Shown here: one piece after another, positions 49,891-62,336 of the stretch | How positions within the stretch are numbered: position 1 is the first letter of the stretch | Layout of the letters: the number at the start of each line of letters is the position of its first letter | Notes under the pieces: generated by a model | The model's input: the letters and a program-made list of their open reading frames with translations, nothing else | Told to the model about the DNA's origin: nothing | Databases searched by the model: none | Translations under genes and position numbers: made by a program | Assembly: GCA_964270895.1 (NCBI GenBank) | Contig: OZ185438.1 | DNA: 64,000 bases | Origin: Podarcis filfolensis | Taxonomy: Eukaryota | Direction: 5' to 3' (one strand)

Positions 49891-50619
49891 CACATCTAAA
49901 AACATTTATGATGTTTTCTGGGATTTCTGAGACAAGTTCCCTCCCCACCCCTTCAGAAACTCTGACCAGAAGAGAGACTTCAGTATAAAGCAGAAAAATG
50001 AAAAGAAAATGCAACATTCCTGATCCAAATGATCTAATCGTTCATCCATCTGCTCTCTGCTTTGCCCCCCTCCTCTTGCTTCCCCTTATCTGTTGCCTGA
50101 AGGCAAGTTAGCGCTATGCATACCAGTTCAGAAGGAAATCAAATGCCACTTTGAAAATCACACTCTTGGGGAGAAAACCAAGCACATACAGTTGTCTGTT
50201 AGAGAAATACTTGCACATAGCCCAGACTTGGCATCCCCGTTCTGCACAGGGACTGTCCCTAGTGGACTCAGTTACTGTCAATGGCTTTTTAAAAATGAGG
50301 AGGAGGAGGAAAGTACCATTTGCACTAGGATTTTTCTTTTCTTTTCTTAAGAAAGCACAGGTTTTTAGGACTGAAAACTTGAAACCAAGCATAAGAAAGA
50401 AACTTTTTTTCTCATTTCTGCATGCTTACAACAGGTAAGGGTTCTGCAAGCAAATTTTTTAAAAATGGAAAAAGCATATGAGATATGAATATAAATATTT
50501 TCCACATTTCTGTATCACATAGTTTCATACACCGGTGCCTTGATAATGTAAGCACTCACAACTGGCAAAAGACAGAAACTGGTTTTCTTAAATGTACCCT
50601 GGAGAAGTAAAGCGATGAC

Positions 50620-50711
50620 AGGGTGAAATCATGTACACGTCTACTTTGAAGTAAGATCTACTAAGTTCAATGGGATTTAGTGCCAGGTAAATGGATATAG
50701 GATTGCAGTCT
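50620..50711. repeat. Short palindromic interspersed repeat (same family as 21516)
   Basis: acacgtctactttgaagtaag...aagttcaatgggattt...ggtaaatggatataggattgcagtct. Confidence 0.6.
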
Positions 50712-52329
50712 AAAGCTACTCATTTGGCCGATCATAGCAATAACTCTTTGTTTTGCTAATTTATTTTCCTAACAAAGAATCAAGGAGAGGGGGTTAGAAT
50801 AGTGTTATTCTCCAGCAATCATGAAAAACTAGCATCTTTATTTACTTCCAAAACCAGTAGTAGCTGCTGCTATGTAGCTTTTTAGCAAAGGAAAGCTATT
50901 GCAGAAGCAGCTCTGGTACTGAATAATGTCAGCATTATAATAAAAGCAGCCTGATGAATAATTCATGGAGCAAGGAAGTACCCTAGCATTAAATGGCAAC
51001 AGATAAAACAGATCTTTCACTCCCCAATTCCACTAAATATTTAAGTGGAACACTGAAGTCATGCAGACTGAGTACGATGGGAAAACATTTTGGATCATTT
51101 TGTATGATGCTAGCATTCTTTGAGTAATATTTGAAAGAATGGGAAGTAAAAGTAGAAGACAGGAACTGCAGTTGCCATGGCCAAGGCCCCATACATGGAA
51201 TCCCTAACCAGTACAATGCTTTGCTCATCTAAACTGAAATAGGAAGAATGCACACAATATAAAACAGCTATTAGGCTACATAATAGATATACAGACATAG
51301 GACTCATCCTGTGACAGACTGAGATGCCAACTGTGTTCCATTTCTACTCCGGAAGCACCATTATAGGAGCTAAAAAATATCATTCACAACATCAGGGATC
51401 AACTCATTCATCTCTTCACCCTTCAATGTTATAAATGCCTACAGTTATCTTCCCAGATCTATGGCCTAAGGTTAGTCTTCAATCTTAAATTTGAGAGCTT
51501 TAGTAGCTGTGTTGACCAACACTACCTGAACAGGAATGTGAAACCCATTCAGCTTCCAAGTATCTGCTGCTGGGCTAGAGACAATTGAGAGTAAACTGTA
51601 AAAACCACCCAAGCTCTATAGATCAAATAAATTCTTAAGAGCAGATGGCAGAGAAGCAAAGTACTACTACTTCTCTTTAATACAGAAAATGCAGGGTATT
51701 TGCCTCCCTTAGACAAATGTTTCTTGTCAAAGTGTGCATGGTCTAATGTGACCTAAATACTGAATAGCAATATGTCAGATAATAATAAAAACTCCAGACA
51801 TTTTTTGGGGAGTGGGGAGTCAACAACTTCCACATGAGAGATCCCCAACTTCCTATAATTTCTTTGGAATGATAATTTTCAGCACCTTCTCTAAGAGCAA
51901 ACCATATTGGCTCAGTTGAGCTCTGTCCACGCTCTTTATTTAAAAGCAGTGTGAACTTTCACACTACTAACTAACTACCTGTCAGGATTTCATCTGATTG
52001 TGACACCAGTGTAAATCAGACTTGCACTATTATATCCCATCTACCTTTCAGCTTTTAGAACTGCATTTTTCAAGTTGTTCAGGTTCAGGTGACACCATTT
52101 CTATTTGTTTTGCCCACCAGAGGGAAACACCAGATGAAGTGAAACCCCCCTTCCGCTAAAATGTTACTGGGCTTTTTAAACATTTGCTTTTGTTTTCTTA
52201 GAATACCTTGATTGATTACAATGACTCCCTGTTCTGAATTTCATCTAAACAAAAATTCTAGGTGAGTCACTTCTGCCCAGGAGTATGACATGAAACTAAC
52301 AATACTCTCCCTACCTGTGCTCCCCAGTA

Positions 52330-52555
52330 CAGTGGTACCTCAGGTTACATACGCTTCAGGTTACAGACTCCGCTAACGCAGAAATAGTGCTTCAGGTTAA
52401 GAACTTTGCTTCAGGATGAGAAGAGAAATCACACAGCGGCGGCACGGCAGCAGCGGGAGGCCCCATTAGCTAAAGTAGTACCTGAGGTTAAGAACAGTTT
52501 CAGGTTAAGAACGGACCTCCAGAACAAATTAAGTTCTTAACCCGAGTTACCACTG
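52330..52555. mobile_element. Tc1/mariner-type MITE
   Basis: TA-cagtggtacctc...gagttaccactg-TA (TA at 52328-52329 and 52556-52557); reverse-oriented relative of 2645-2868. Confidence 0.9.
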
Positions 52556-52599
52556 TAATTGGTATTCATAGGCATCCTGTCTCTGGTCCTGGAGATAAT

Positions 52600-52689
52600 A
52601 TAGCCATCCTAGGTAGTAACCATTCACTGTGTAATTCCACATAAATTTGTCTAACCGCCTTATAAAGCCATCCTAGTGGATGGCTATCA
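52600..52689 (-). mobile_element. Degraded CR1 3' fragment
   Basis: ccacataaatttgtctaaccgccttataaagccatcctagtggatggctatcac resembles the reverse of the CR1 end at about 3895-3965. Confidence 0.5.
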
Positions 52690-52694
52690 CTTCA

Positions 52695-52993
52695 TCTTTT
52701 TTGTAATAATAAAAAATATAAATATAAATGTGCACCCCACCCCCAAGACCAGTCCATTGTAACTATCCAACCTCCCAAAATTTCCACGCCTCTTGCAATG
52801 GTTTGACCCCTTTCTGTTTTGACAGTACTGTATAAATTCTACAAACACCTTCCATATCTTCTCAAAATCATTTCTCCTGCATATTCCCCACCTTATTATA
52901 ATAGTACGTGTTAATTTATCATTAATAGCTATATCCCACACCTCTTTATACCACTCTTCCATTTTATATTCACCTTGCCCCTCCCAGTTCCTA
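52695..52993 (-). mobile_element. 5'-truncated L1-clade LINE 3' end
   Basis: Minus ORF IARNWEGQGEYKMEEWYKEVWDIAINDKLT...FEKIWKVFVEF resembles an L1 ORF2 C-terminus; short A-tail. Confidence 0.8.
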
Positions 52994-55614
52994 GCTATCA
53001 TAACTCATGCAGCTGTCAATAAATTTGTGACCAAGTCCTTCATAGCCTTACATCATTACATCTTAAGGACAATGTTCCCTCGATATCAGAAAACAAATGT
53101 AACTACCCAACACGAAGGCAAGGGCAAAAGTTGGCAACCTCCTAGATGCTGCATTAGTGTGAGAAGCACAGAATTAGTTACTCTGAAAGCCACTGCCTTC
53201 CTCTCGTATCACGAGAGGGATAGCCCCTGAGCAGTCCCCTATAGACAAAACTCATCATACAAGTAATGTCTGTAGTTTTTAATGACAATAATTTTAATAA
53301 TAACAACAAAGAAATTTAGATATGATCATAGTTCTTGGAAACAGAATGCACTCCCATTTCTCAATTAAAATTAGAAAACCTTTTGACATTGTTTTTGTGT
53401 AATAAGTAAAAGCAAACATGCTGCCGCCGAGAGTTATGCTCTAACTGTCAGGTTCCCCAGATGCATATTTAACTTTCACACTTTATACCAGTGATTTCCA
53501 CAGCATTCATGCAACATTTCCTACAGCACTCATAATGTATACTACTGCCCTTAGTCATCATTGGTTTCTGCAAAATCCACCACTAGGTATTTTTCAATGA
53601 TCCTTGCTGTGTTATCACTCTCTCCTTCAAAAGAAAGTATTTTGTAACCATAGCAATATTTCCCCACCCTAATATTATTTCCCACTGCTTGTGCTAGATT
53701 TTTGCACTTAGCAACCACAGCAGCCCTTGTTCTAAACTGCTAATATCTCCAACATTTAGAAGCTCTTTAACAAAATAATTCTTATCTCTAAACACCGCAT
53801 TCCCAGCTTTATGCTTTCAAACAAATCTAATAAGCAACCTATATCGAGAATGAATTCAGCATTTATATTATAAAATGTGATGTTTCAAAAAAATATGTTA
53901 CACCTGTTTTTATCTTTTTCATATCCATGTGGCTTCCTACAAGACTCCATCCCATATTTTGTTAAAGGTGATGGATTCCGAATACTGAGATTTGTAGATC
54001 AATACATTATCATCACACTTATTTAAGAGGGTCCAAAAGTTTACAGTGCATTTAATGTCATTTCCTCTCTCACTCTTGCCTTGTTCAGGATTCCAAGAAC
54101 TTAGAATTTCAAGTTCAGTCTAACCCAGCACCACAAATGGAATAAATATTTTTAGTAGCCCAGATTTTCCAGCACCATCATGCCCTGAGAACTATCAACA
54201 CTTTTCACCGCCAGATAGTTCACTGTTTTCAGCTGCAAAACAACCCACATTCCACAAACCACCTGCTCCTCTGAATTTATCTAAAGGCCCCCAAGTCTGT
54301 AATGCAAAGTTTCCCTTCTCAAGCAGCATTTCAGCCACAAGGATAAGAGACAAGAGCTCCATATATTTTCCTCTATAAATGGAGAAGAAGGTGGGATAAT
54401 GCAATATTGACTGCGGAAATGTCCCATGGGGGAAAGGCTTAAGCACCTTCTTTCCCTTTCTGGCTGGATTTGCAGTTTCTACTGCTGTTGTTCTGTTTTA
54501 AAAAAAAAGTTGGGAGGCAGACAACTTCAGCCTTAGACAAGTGATCTGAGAAACTGAAGGACACTTTAACATACAGAGGAGAAAGTAGGAGATCGCTAGT
54601 CCCACTATGCTATAACACAAAGCATTCTAGAAATCTTTGGGGAGGGGACACCCTGAAGGCAAATATTCTTGCCCATCTCTCTCCCTGTTCTACAGAGTTT
54701 AGCCAAAAATCAGAATCACTCGCCTCTCGTCTAAAATACGACAGTTCAAGCTATTTGTACTACTTAAATCTGCTGTATAAATCCAGCTGCAACCAGGCTT
54801 TCTGGGATTGTGCACACATTTTAATAGTTTCCTATAAAATCCATATATAACAGTAACTGTATTATATTATACACTTTAGTCTGTTAGATATCATACACAT
54901 TATTGAACAAATGCACCCTTGTTATGTATGCTAATACTAAATGCAAGGAATTTATTTAAAAACAGTTTTAGAAGGAAACATTCCACTCCAGCAAACGCTT
55001 TTTGACTATTCACAAGTCAACATTCATTATTAATTTTTAGGAACTACACCGGCCCTATCTCCAGGTTTATAATGTGAGGATATAATGTGAGGATGCATTA
55101 GAGAGGAGAGGAGAAAAGAAAGGGGAAGGTTAGATGCCATATAATCTCAAAAATAAGTTTAGGGAACATTTTCCTTCAGCTACTAACAACAGCATTCATA
55201 AATTTAGCTGAATGCAACACAGGAAATAAAATCCACAAACTCTATCCCCCAATGCTCTTAACTAATGTAGAATTTTCCTCAAAAGCTACTCATTTTTCTT
55301 TCATTTTATTAAAGATTTGCAGAAATTGAACTTTGCAAACACGTAAGAGCTTTTTATTTGCCTGAGAATGCTAGTGAAATACTTCTTTATTTCCTTTATA
55401 AATGTCTCATAATTATCTACAGTTGAACCTCTAAAGTCTCTATTCTGGGATGGGGAGAAGAGAGAATAGCTGATCCACGAGAAGCAAATTAAAACCTTAG
55501 CATGGATGCTAATGAAACAGCATTCATGCTCTGTTACAGGAGGGTCTACAAGTTCAAATCAATTTGCTTTTTATACTTTCTATTTACATTAGAAGCACAT
55601 GCCGCTTTATAGAA

Positions 55615-56265
55615 GTGAGCCATGGGCAACTTACATTCACCAGGAGTGATGCCTCAATGCCTTCCATAAGAGCTGCATCAGGAAGATTTTGGGCATCACA
55701 TTTTGAGACTTTGTTTGGAGTCTTAGACAAAGATGTGCTCTCCAAAGCCCACATTCCTGGCATGTTCACACTCCTGTCTCAGCAACATCTATGCTGGTTT
55801 GGTCATGTACACAGAATGGAAAGCGGCAGGAGCCCCAAGGACATGCTCTACAGGGAGCCAGCTTCAGACACTAGGTCAATTTGGCAGACCACCTCTGTGT
55901 TACAAAGATGTCTGCAAATGTGGCATGAAGGCTGGCAACATTAACCCATCAGTCTGGGAACCCCTTGCAGATGATCACAGTGCCTGGAGACAGCCAGGTT
56001 GTGTACCCACAGCAGTGACCAGAGGAGGAATGACCGCTGGGAGGAGCACAGAGAGAAGGAACGTCATGGTGCACCTGCAGCAGCAAAACTGGATGCCTTC
56101 ATCTGCCCCAGGGGCAACAAAACATGTCTGTCCCATATCGGTCACTACAGCCACAGCAGTTGCTGTAATTCTCCAATGGTTGACATTACCCACCCCCCCC
56201 CCCGAAGGCACTCTTTTCCTTTAACTCCTGAGACAGACAGATGCCAACACGCAACTACATTGAGT
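55615..56265 (+). mobile_element. Degraded RTE-clade LINE 3' part
   Basis: Frameshifted pieces KDVLSKAHIPGMFTLLSQQHLCWFGHVHRMESGRSPKDMLY, GRPPLCYKDVCKCGMKAGNI and the Cys/His tail ICPRGNKTCLSHIGHYSH resemble the RTE ORF C-terminus (RLRWLGHVXRM motif). Confidence 0.85.
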
Positions 56266-56909
56266 AGCCAGAACTATGAATGGTTTGAATCAGTATAAGG
56301 CTGTTCTCATACACTCGATATACCATTTCATAAATTATGTTTTTGCTATCATCAATTCTCTATTATTTTTACACAACAATCAAGCTTACTTTGTGAGTTT
56401 TATTGCCAGTTTCAGTATTACATTTGTCTGTTTCCCATTTTCATTAATTTGTTAATTTCCCAGTTCTATAGTGCTTAATTTAATAAACATTTTAGTCCAG
56501 GCATCCATACCAATGGAATATGATCTATCGATTATCATTTTCCAAATTTTCCAAATGCAAAATACTTACAACATCCCGCCTGCATATCCTGAGGAATTGC
56601 TTAGGTGGGGAATGAGTTGATCAACAGCTGCCACTTAGGAACCTGATTTCCATATGCTTTGTCCTGCTCATGAGCATAACCAAGCAAGATTTTCCATTCC
56701 TCTCTGGGGAATTTCAACTGAAGGGCTGACATATGCTTACTTCACTTTGTCCTACATGACTTTAATATGACTAATTTTTCTTTTCTTTGCAGCTCACTTA
56801 TTCTTTACTGAAAGGCCTGTACAGAGAAGTTCCCTTTTCTCCACCGATGGAATTCATGCAATCGCTTTTTCTTCTAGTTTTTAACAGGCTGTAGTAATTT
56901 ACATCTGAC

Positions 56910-57083
56910 CTGTAGATATCCAGAACAGATTTCCGCAAACAGCAGTCGAGTTCCTGGAAAGTTCTTTGTAGTTAGAACTGCAGCAGTTTCCTCTGCAGCA
57001 GCCATGATCGGCTTTGTGTGATGATAGTATTGCACATGACCTTACAGCTGAAGTCTAGGATTGCTGTCGAAGCCAGACTTTCC
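56910..57083 (-). other. Candidate internal exon (174 nt; 286 nt with the alternative donor at 56798)
   Basis: Acceptor tttttctcctcccacaag|GAA at 57084/57083. Donors CAG|GTCAGA (56910) and TAA|GTGAGC (56798). No frame is open through the whole exon; a strong-context ATG (atcATGG) at 57005 gives 32 codons to the first donor. Confidence 0.45.
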
Positions 57084-57354
57084 TTGTGGGAGGAGAAAAA
57101 CTAGCCCAAAAAGACAACTAGGCAGAAAAAGCAGGATTTTAAAAACAGAAATATGGGACAAAATGCCTAAAATTCTGCCATTATGTCCTGTCATATAGCC
57201 ACTTCTCCTAGTGACTTCTTAATTCTTTCGTATTATTTACTCCAGACTTTTTTTAAAAAGCAGTAAATGAAAACCATAGGTTAAGAGCATTTTAAGCCAA
57301 GCTCTTCTCCCTTTATGTATGAAGTAGTATTAATATTAGGAAAATCCACCATGA

Positions 57355-57460
57355 ACCTTAGAATCACAGAGTTGGAAGAAGTCCTGTCTAACTCCTTGTT
57401 CAATGCAAGATATCCAGAGCTAGAACATATAACAGGTGGTTGTCCATTTTGCATATCCAA
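57355..57460 (-). mobile_element. Degraded CR1 3' end
   Basis: agaatcacagagttggaagaagtcc...tccttgttcaatgcaag is the reverse of a CR1 tail like that at 44440-44508. Confidence 0.55.
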
Positions 57461-57844
57461 TTCTATATCAGTCTTGAACTGCAATCCTCATCCTTCGCTA
57501 GTTATGCAGCTTATGTGAGGTGAATCAAAAGAGGAGGCAAAATAGGAAGTGAATAGTTCTTCCTTACCCCCCTTGCTAGGCAGTGTGGCTATCATTTCCT
57601 CTTCCTTCCTTTGAACATACCTGAGTAATTCCCTTTTCTTGCTCATAACTTCCCTCACCAACCTGAACTTATTCCAGGCTTTAACTTTCCTATGGCTAAA
57701 GCTTTCTCCTGAAGCCTTTTTCTTGACACTACCCCTACAAATCTGGGCTATTAGACCTTGGCAAGCTGTCCATCATTCCATTTCTTGTAGATGTCATTTT
57801 TATTTTCAGTTCCAAATTTAAAAAACCCAAATCAGCTAATGTCT

Positions 57845-57927
57845 CAATATTTAGTATGTCTACTAGTGAGTAAGCTCAACTGGGCTCAGTAGGGCTTACT
57901 TCTGAGTAAACGTGCTTCGGCTTGCAC
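57845..57927. repeat. Short palindromic interspersed repeat (same family as 21516)
   Basis: tctactagtgagtaagctcaactgggctcagtagggcttacttctgagtaaacgtgc. Confidence 0.6.
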
Positions 57928-58634
57928 ATAATATATATTTACATCCATAAGATAGTTTCTGGGAAATATTCAAAGTTGCAGAAAATACATTTCATTATAA
58001 CAGAACCGGTAAGATTGCAACTAGGTTTCAAAAATTATTTGCCATGCTGCATGGGATGGTACTGAGAAACTTCATCAACTGATTAGCTTATGTGTAATGT
58101 GTAGAAAGCTTGCAGGATTTGATTATTTTAAAATGTAGAAAGAAGACTGTAGTTCTTATTATTCAGACATTTGAATGCACTATACACGTTTGATATAAAA
58201 TTTTAATACAAACAACACACCAGCCTGATTTTTCCATCTTTTTATGCTCATAAAATCATTTATACAAGTCAAAAGGTTGCCGAGAACTTCAGTTTCATTG
58301 CTCACTTAACATAAGTGGGGAAATTAAAAGGTGTTTTTTAGAACTGAGCAAAGGAAAAATACAGAATCATAAGCTAAACATATCCCCCTCCTTCATATTA
58401 CATGAAATCATTTGCATTGATTCTATATTTAGAGAATTTTATGTAAAATGTTAATATGATCATATATACATGATCATATATACAAAAAATCCCTTCACAT
58501 TCCCATCAAGAAACAAGTTCTCATTTCAGATTGCAAAGATTACCAGTAGCCTGTGGTTGGGTAGGTAAAATCCCCATGGTAAATTACTTCATGTAATCAT
58601 TACTATGTGAGCCAAAATCTGTAAAAATTTAAAA

Positions 58635-58636
<2 letters not shown>

Positions 58637-58684
<48 letters not shown>
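58637..58684. repeat. (GAAA)12 microsatellite
   Basis: Read directly. Confidence 0.95.
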
Positions 58685-58685
<1 letters not shown>

Positions 58686-59289
58686 TCATTTCAGGAAGAT
58701 GCAGAAATCCCCACACATGCGACAATAGAATTTATTACACATATTTTAGTTTAGTGAAATTCCACACACCAATCTAGAGGTTCCAAACACTTGGTTTTGG
58801 AGGAGCAGGGGAAAACAAATCACCTTATTAAAATGGGCCTTTACCACTGATGAAAATGTAATGTGGACGTTTTAAAATGTTGCAGATATAGTTATGGAGA
58901 ATAATTAACTTACAACTTGAAAGTTACAAGTTAAAACACAACCTGTAAAATGTAATTCCTGGAACAGACAGAGGGGTGGTGGGTGGAACTGTTTAAAGAA
59001 CATCAGAAATTGTTTTGCATTTAGGACTTTTTTATACAAGGTTAAAATTCCCTTTGAACCTCTCTTGTGCTATTTATGCATCTGATCATGATTCACACAG
59101 ATGAAGAAGTGGAGGGGAAGCATTTGTAATGTGGGTGAGCATTCTGGTCAACTTACATATTTGCAACAAAAATGGGAACCCCCCCACCCAAAGGGCACTG
59201 GAAGTAGGAGCAAAAAAATCAATGGCCAAAAGAGATGTTTTTATTGGAGGGTGTTTTGGACCCAACTGGTCCTTCTTCAAGGAAACTGA

Positions 59290-59485
59290 GAGTAATGATT
59301 AGGGTGTTGGAGTAGTTCAAATCCCCACTCAGGCATGAAGCACACTGCACCCGGTGAGCCACTTTGGGCCAGCCATGCTCTCTCAGGCTAATCTACCTTA
59401 CAGGGTTGTTGTGGGGATTAAAAGAGGAGCAAAGAACCACACACATCACATTGAGCCCCATGAAGGAAAATGTGGTACATAATTG
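59290..59485 (+). mobile_element. Older MIR/CORE-type SINE
   Basis: gttcaaatcccc B-box, ctttgggccagccatgctctctcagg...cagggttgttgtgggga; a diverged relative of 42617. Confidence 0.6.
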
Positions 59486-60080
59486 TACTTTTTTCAAAAA
59501 AGTAAGCATGTAGATGTGCTGTCACTTCTTTTCTTATGACTGGCTCTGAAACTTCCTGAGAATTCTCATTGGTCACTAGGCTGTTGAGGCAACAAAGGAG
59601 GCAATAACGGAACCCAGAATTCCTCCATTCGTCTCCTGCCCAAACTTAAAAGGGGATGTTAAAGCAGTTATACTGCTTCTCTCGCTTCACAGCAGGCCCC
59701 TTTGCAGAAAAAAACCATATCTAGGCTAAGAATGGTTAGCTGGGGAATTAGCTGTTCACAGATCAAGAATCCTTTTACGGATACACGAGCTAACTCTTTT
59801 CTTCTCACAAATACACAGCCTTCAAAACCTATTAACTACTGTATTTTATTCTACAAATTCCAGGTTACCAGTTTTCAAACAAAGCCCCATTTCAACTGGT
59901 AAGTCTCTCACTAACTATCCTTACTGCTTATCTACACACTGGATTTCCCCTTTGATACTATTAGTCAATTGTGAGATGTTAAAATATGAATTACTGGAAA
60001 CAAGTGTTGCTGTAGCTGGGTTTCGAACTCACCTAATATGTTTTCTGGTAAATAAAGTTTGAAGGATGCAAGATTATCAT

Positions 60081-60189
60081 TGTTGTTGTTGTTTAGTCGT
60101 GTCCGACTCTTTGTGACCCCATGGACCAGAGCACGCCAGGTACTCCTGTCCTCCACAGCCTCCCGCAGTTTGGTCAAACTCATGTTAGT
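60081..60189 (-). mobile_element. 5'-truncated BovB (RTE) LINE 3' end, 109 bp
   Basis: Minus translation MSLTKLREAVEDRSTWRALVHGVTKSRTRL resembles the BovB C-terminus; (AAC)n tail. 11-bp TSD aagattatcat at 60070-60080 and 60190-60200. Confidence 0.92.
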
Positions 60190-60644
60190 AAGATTATCAT
60201 AAGGAATATTAAAATCTAGAAATGTGACAAGTAGTAAGAAATACTAGTTCTTTTCACAAAGACAATTGCCAGTGTTTTTAACCATAAAGTGCTGCATTGT
60301 GAAAATAATAAAGAAAGCATGTCTGTCTAGTTTTTTCCACTCCCCTTGTACAAATGGAATTACCAATGTATACGCCTCCCAAGGTGCAAAGCTCTTCCAC
60401 CTTCCATTCCTGTTGTGATGAATGTAGCTGACCAGTGTCTCATTCAGCAGTCAGCTGGTTTCCAAGGGGGTTCAGTATGCCCAGGAAGGGCTTAGCCAAG
60501 CAGAGCAATGGGCCATAGCAAAGTGGATTATGCTTTTGATGCAATTCTGCAGTTTAGAAGTTACATAGCTGTGCACTTCAAAAATGAAGCACAATATTTG
60601 TAAGATTTCAGTACTTTTTTTTTCTAAAACAAGTTACATTGTCC

Positions 60645-60686
<42 letters not shown>
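60645..60686. repeat. (ATA)14 microsatellite
   Basis: Read directly. Confidence 0.95.
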
Positions 60687-60687
<1 letters not shown>

Positions 60688-62336
60688 AAAATCAGAAGTA
60701 CCAGCTAACAGAGTGGGACACAGATTCAGTTAGTTTTGGAATAAAAAGGTAAGCTACACGTTCTGTGTCCTTTACAACCCAAAGGAATTAGTGAAGTTTA
60801 ATAACTGATGAGAGTGAAAAATTATATTCTGACAGTTTCTTTTCCAGAATGCCTTTAATAGGAGAGGCTACACCTCATGTAACATTCACTAAGGAGGAGA
60901 ACACATATGTGCTGACATACTGTTCTTTATTAGCAAGCTTCCATTTCAGTCAAATGGAGCCAGTGATCAAGAGTGAAATTTGGGAAGAATGTAAACACAA
61001 GTTTTTAATCTGATGTTTACTTTGCTATGCTTCTACACAGAGTGTAGTTTTATCTAAGCCTTGGGTCATGTTGGTGGAACCCTGGTAAACCCTTTCATGG
61101 CTTCCCACAATGTAACGCATCATTAGTCCCTTGAAGCTAAGGGTCTCATAAGAAAAATAATTTTGAATAATTTTGGTTCTGCTGTCTTTTTCCCCCTCTC
61201 CCACTGACTATCTTCATATCCTCTCTGCAGTATGGACAGAAAACAGTCTTCCAAGTCTTGAATCTTAAACAAAGGGTATTATGATAGAGCAATGATCACA
61301 AGAAAAGGTAAATTACAGTTCAAAACATATTTGCTGCTTATCCCGTACACAGTTTAGCCTGTAGTTTTAAATCCGCAGGAATAACACTTTGCCAATTACT
61401 GAGCGTTTATGTTAATCTGATTACTCCCCTCATGAACAACCTTATGCTTCTGTTTAAGGAATTTCTTACTCTTGAATTTAGAGAATTTGTTCAAAGTATC
61501 ATAATCATATTGTAATTTCTAGCTTCCCTAATGTTTAACATCCCTCCTGGCTCTTTACCTGGCACATTTTTTCACAATCTGCCAAGATGCTAATTAAATT
61601 AACAAAGAGAAATGAACCAAAGGGAGAAGTTTCTGAGACAACCCAAGTCATTAAAATTTCACTCCGAAGCTTGATTCCTTCCCCTCCTTTTCTTTCAATG
61701 GTTGTTTTGCTTTAAGACAATGTGGTCAAAGAAGTGTGAATGTGTGATGTGTGTAATGGCAATGGAGCCAGTGGAAGTTTCCATTGGCTTTGCAGCATTT
61801 GCATAACTTGGTACATAAGCACACACAGCAGAATTTAGGATTCTTGGAAGCTACTGGGGGAAAACAGAGATCCAGAAGTGCAAAAACAGGAATCCAGCCA
61901 TGAGCTCCAACAACTTAGATAGTCTTGCTGGCAAACACTTTAATGCGAGGGAAGCTAAGGGAAGGAATAGCTGTTCTTACCATAAGCATCATATGAAGTG
62001 GTCTCTGAGCAGGTTGCGTAGCTGCCCCTGCAACTTGGAGACAGAAAACGCCAAAACCTCAACTTACTTTGTTCTTCCTGTTGAGGTTCAGTCCCACTTC
62101 GTGGAACAGCATAAAGCAGTGATGCCCAACCTGTAGGCAATGGCATCCGTTATGTCCTAGGGCCCTCATAAAATGCTATGAATATTTGTCTGAATCCTTT
62201 TTCAAGGCTAAGCTTCCACTTGCCCCCTTTTGAAAGATCCCACCAAGTGCATGTCATTTGACTGGTCTTTCCCTTATCTGAAGCAGCATCTTAACTACAA
62301 GAGCAGGGTCTTTTGATGAGTGTTTAATCTTTAGAT

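Noticed and set aside
56770-56800. Strong-looking plus-strand acceptor (ttttcttttctttgcag)
   Set aside because: No matching plus-strand donor or ORF downstream. An antisense transcript cannot be excluded without stranded RNA-seq.
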